In this document: positions 17,348-20,000 of the stretch, piece by piece
Layout of the letters: each line of letters opens with the position of its first letter
How positions within the stretch are numbered: the first letter of the stretch is position 1
IMG/VR virus record: IMGVR_UViG_3300009658_000598
Length of the DNA: 20,000 nt
Reading direction: 5' to 3' (one strand)
Origin: an uncultured virus (IMG/VR IMGVR_UViG_3300009658_000598)
Taxonomy: Duplodnaviria; Heunggongvirae; Uroviricota; Caudoviricetes
Position numbers and translations under genes: made by a program
The notes under the pieces: generated by a model
What the model was told of the DNA's origin: nothing
What the model saw: only the letters and a program-made list of their open reading frames with translations
Database searches by the model: none

Positions 17348-17351
17348 AACG

Positions 17352-17385
17352 AATCTCCGGGGCGGCGCTTGCCTCGGAGATTTTT
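17352..17385 (+). terminator. Intrinsic terminator after the sigma-like gene
   Basis: AATCTCCGGGGC (17352-17363) pairs with GCCTCGGAGATT (17371-17382), running into a T-tract, just after the stop codon. Confidence 0.85.
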
Positions 17386-17393
17386 ATGATTTT

Positions 17394-17492
17394 GTACAAT
17401 TTAACGGTTACCATACCTTTTAACGATTTGCTACACATTTTAACGATACTCCTGTACCTTTTAACGATAACTCACTAATCGTTAAAAAGTGG
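17394..17492. repeat. Iteron-like array: four direct copies plus one inverted copy of nnACnTTTTAACGAT
   Basis: GTACAATTTAACGGT (17394), ATACCTTTTAACGAT (17413), ACACATTTTAACGAT (17433), GTACCTTTTAACGAT (17454); inverted ATCGTTAAAAAGTGG (17478-17492). Confidence 0.85.
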
Positions 17493-17520
17493 TGCATTTT
17501 TGAAGTCATAATTTCCGAGC

Positions 17521-17574
17521 AAAATAAAAAAGCGGCAACCACAGCACTGAAATCTATGCCAAGGTTGCCACTTT
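17521..17574 (-). terminator. Minus-strand intrinsic terminator downstream of the recombinase remnant
   Basis: On the - strand AAAGTGGCAACC...GGTTGCCGCTTT forms a stem with one G-U and a large loop, followed by TTTATTTT. Confidence 0.6.
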
Positions 17575-17633
17575 ACCTATTAAAACAGCTATTTTTCACT
17601 TATATTGCTCCATTCTTGTATGAAATAAGGGGT

Positions 17634-17749
17634 CTATATGTCTATGTAGCGGTCAACTACATTCCAGTTCGGATGATATTTTTTCTGATCCTCATACCAC
17701 TGGATCTGATTTTCGAGTGCAGACAACTGCGCCTCGTGATCTGTTGATA
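17634..17749 (-). pseudogene. Remnant of the catalytic N-terminus of a large serine recombinase
   Basis: Manual translation from 17747 gives STDHEAQLSALENQIQWYEDQKKYHPNWNVVDRYID, then I and a stop. This matches the (RV)ST...Q..SLENQ...W..V..Y.D(EG) pattern of serine recombinases. Both ends are missing. Not in the ORF track. Confidence 0.8.
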
Positions 17750-18750
17750 TTTTAAAAAGAGGCATCTGTATTTGCGGCACCTGTATTTCTCCGGGCTCAG
17801 CTGCTGAGAATAATCTTTTAGCAGAAAGGAAAAAGCAACCGCCTGAGTCTATAGGATCGGTTGTAAGGAATTATCGAGAACAAGCTTCAACGATTATAAA
17901 TTCTAATGATGAATACTATAGTCGTATTGAAAAAGCCCTTAAGAACCTTAGAAGTGATAAACGTGATTTGGGTTTCCGTGAGGATGAGAAGAAAAAACTT
18001 GATGATGATTTACGTGGTGCAAAAGACAACTCTAATCTTGAGATTGAGTACCAGAATTTCTTAAACCGCGTAAATGAATTTCAAAGGAAAAAAGACAGTT
18101 TAGTAGAGAGAATTGGATCTGCTAAAAAAGAAATTGAAAACTATCAAAATGCACTAGACAAACAAATTGCGGCATCTAAAGAAAATGCTCGTACTCAGGC
18201 GAAAATTGATTATACTCAAGCGGTTTATGAATGGGTTGATAAGGCTTATAAAGAACGAGAATCTATTGTAAGATCAAACCTAGAGGAAAAAGTAAACAAT
18301 AATTTTGCACGCATTTACCATGGACATAGAACAATTTCAATTGATGAGAAGTACAGAGTAAAATACATTGACGTAACCACAGAAGAATCAGATGGATTAA
18401 AAGCTGTTAAAAGTTTTGCCTTTGTTTCTGGCCTTGTTGACCTTGCAAAAGAATCCTTGACCTCTGAATCTTCTAAAGAAGCAGATATTGGTCCTCAGTA
18501 TTTCCCGTTAGTTATGGATGCACCTTTTTCAAATGTTGATGAGATACACATTGAAAATATATCACGTGTTATTCCTGAATCCGCCGAGCAAGTGATTATT
18601 GCAGTAATGCAAAAAGACTGGGAACCTGCTTCTAAAATAATGAGTCCATATGTTGGAAAAGCTTATTATATCGAAAAAGCTAAAGATTCAAATGGAAAAG
18701 ACATCGATACAATCACTCATATAAAAAGGAGGGACGATAATGTTATTTGA
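17740..18750 (+). pseudogene. 5'-truncated Rad50/DndD-like ABC ATPase with CxC zinc hook (C-terminal ~336 codons)
   Basis: The frame is open from 17740: (SV)DILKRGICICGTCISPGSAAENNLLAERKKQPPESIGSVVRNY..., then coiled coil, signature-like ESDGLK and Walker B/D-loop LVMDAPFSNVD. No Walker A half and no credible start or RBS. Confidence 0.82.
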
Positions 18751-18931
18751 TGATGATATTCAAATTCGTGGAAGACATGCTAGTTATTTAAAAGCTCTGT
18801 CAGAATTAAGAGGTAATGCAAGCGAAGAGGATAAGAAGCGTTTTTCAAATTTTAAACTGTTTACCGATTATATTTCGGTTTATATGGTCGCTCCTATAAT
18901 TGGCTTGCTATATGGTAGAAAAAGCACATAA
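18740..18931 (+). pseudogene. Probably 3'-truncated partner gene of the CxC/DndD-like ATPase
   Basis: Strong AGGAGG RBS (18727-18732), start overlapping the ATPase end. MLFDDDIQIRGRHASYLKAL...LFTDYISVYMVAPIIGLLYGRK resembles the N-terminus of longer proteins that I recall following such ATPases. It stops exactly where another gene fragment begins. Confidence 0.55.
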
Positions 18932-19647
18932 CCAAAAGCATTGTCGATAATTATACGGATGGTTCTATTTGGGATGAAAAGCAAATAGAAATCCGCCAGA
19001 ACAAATTGTTTGATTTGTTTAAAAAAGTGTGGCCAAACTTTAAAAATGATAACTCAACTGAAGAACATGAAGTAATGACAAAGCAAACTCAATCGGCTGA
19101 AAACACTGACATAGAAAAGACTATAGATGACTATGGATCAGATGTTTTTGACGACGCTAATAAACTTCTTGAGGCATTAACTATATCTCAACAGAATAAA
19201 ACAGATCAAACAAATAATACAAATTTCATATCATTAAAGGATAGGTTTATTGATGAAATAAAAAATGGAAAGATTTATTACTCGTACAAACCTGTTTTTA
19301 TAAAAGCGATTTTTGATAATGCTGATGAAAATGGTACAGCATACATATACGATATCGCAATGTATTTTACCAAATTCTATAATGATAGGAAAGAAAATGG
19401 AATTACTGTTGAAAACCCGGAAAGTGTAGTATGTAAAGGTGATTTTTCAATAGACGAGGCATTGAAGACCATAAAACAGTATCCATTAGATATTTATCAA
19501 AAGACCAACACTGTTAAATATAATGCTAAGGATTTAACAGTTTCTATTGTTAAAGAGGTATGGGAACTTCTTACCGCAGATGAGAAAAAAGATATATTAT
19601 CAATTTGTGATAAAAGAATCGAATCATATTATTCTAAACTCATCTGA
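18919..19647 (+). pseudogene. 5'-truncated gene: C-terminal tail of a GmrSD/DUF1524-like domain, a linker and a helical SYKPV domain
   Basis: The frame is open from 18919, upstream of the TTG at 19006: ITKSIVDNYTDGSIWDEKQIEIRQNKLFDLFKKVWP resembles the W...I..R...L......W end of DUF1524 domains. It continues to YSYKPVFIKAIFDNADENG. No clear RBS. Confidence 0.55.
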
Positions 19648-19709
19648 AGCGTGTATATTATATTCGCTCCAATACCTCCATTAATAAACAAAAGATTCTA
19701 ACAGCAACA

Positions 19710-19740
19710 AACCGCTTAGGAACAATCCTAAGCGGTTCTT
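19710..19740 (+). terminator. Terminator-like perfect hairpin
   Basis: AACCGCTTAGGA-ACAA-TCCTAAGCGGTT, a 12-bp perfect stem, then CTT. Confidence 0.75.
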
Positions 19741-19895
19741 GTATATGTGTTACAATATAGATTATAAATTAATTACCGTGAAATTATATTTTTTATTATA
19801 TGCATATTAGTTTATATTGATTTTAGACATTAAATGTCATCATAAACATAATTTAATAACAAAAATAAAGCACTAACAAGAGTCTATCCTAAAAT

Positions 19896-19949
19896 TTGTG
19901 TAAACCTCTGAAGTAGTGTATAATAGAAGAGAGACTACTTCGGAGGTTT
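19896..19949 (+). promoter_or_regulatory. Putative promoter embedded in a 16-bp inverted repeat that also covers the RBS
   Basis: TTGTGT (19896-19901), 17 nt, TATAAT (19919-19924). IR arms AAACCTCTGAAGTAGT (19902-19917) and ACTACTTCGGAGGTTT (19934-19949), 15/16 match. GGAGG at 19942-19946. Confidence 0.65.
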
Positions 19950-19954
19950 TAATT

Positions 19955-20000
19955 ATGAGCAGAAGGCGAAGAAACGAAACAGAAGAGCAGCGTGCAAGAA
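19955..20000 (+). CDS. Start of an unidentified gene running off the window (MSRRRRNETEEQRAR...)
   Basis: ATG 8 nt after GGAGG, with an open frame to the window end. Confidence 0.6.
   Translation, partial: MSRRRRNETEEQRAR

Larger units (their letters stand above)
1..17749. mobile_element. Integrated genomic island / prophage-like element carrying a defence operon (left end outside the window; right junction inferred near 17745-17750)
   Basis: Phage-type Pol A, excisionase-like HTH, sigma-like gene, restriction cargo and a serine recombinase remnant. There is an abrupt junction with a truncated gene at ~17749 and visibly more AT-rich DNA beyond ~17880. Boundaries are inferred. Confidence 0.55.

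Noticed and set aside
17394..17492. Possible mini-CRISPR array
   Set aside because: The period is only 19-21 nt with 4-6 nt between units, far too short for spacers, and there are no cas genes in the window.
17556..17747. 63-aa + strand ORF
   Set aside because: It is antisense to the recombinase remnant, starts within a terminator hairpin and has no RBS.
17761..17788. Tandem repeat GGCATCTGTATTT / GGCACCTGTATTT
   Set aside because: Explained by the coding sequence GICIC-GTCIS of the ATPase zinc-hook region.
17836..17863. CAACCG...CGGTTG hairpin as a terminator
   Set aside because: Short stem lying inside the ATPase reading frame (QPPESIGSVV); probably chance.
17968..18750. 260-aa ORF as an intact gene starting at TTG
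   Set aside because: Family similarity, including the zinc hook, continues upstream in frame to ~17746, and Walker A is missing, so it is treated as a truncated gene.

Overview
Firmicute-like (probably Clostridia) accessory DNA. On the left is the 3' part of a phage/island-type family A DNA polymerase (+), ending at a terminator hairpin shared with a convergent ~14.4 kb minus-strand defence operon. That operon is driven by a near-consensus sigma-A promoter at 16439-16467 and reads: unknown 298 aa - unknown 208 aa - excisionase-type HTH - RloC/AAA_13-like ABC ATPase - hsdM - hsdS - unknown 120 aa - hsdR - multi-domain mcrB - mcrC. Divergent from it is a sigma-factor-like gene whose leader carries direct repeats, a terminator and an RBS-occluding hairpin. 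It is followed by an iteron-like repeat array and a serine-recombinase remnant not shown in the ORF track. The remnant abuts, at its catalytic Ser codon, a 5'-truncated CxC zinc-hook ABC ATPase that starts an AT-rich, decayed second defence locus (ATPase fragment, truncated partner gene, GmrSD/DUF1524-like fragment). The most novel signal is that the two uncharacterised lead genes share an Asn/Gly-rich motif (ISGxNNNxxxxxEK) at the C-terminus of one and the N-terminus of the next, an arrangement resembling amyloid/beta-arch signalling pairs. All family assignments come from motif recognition by eye; no searches were run.
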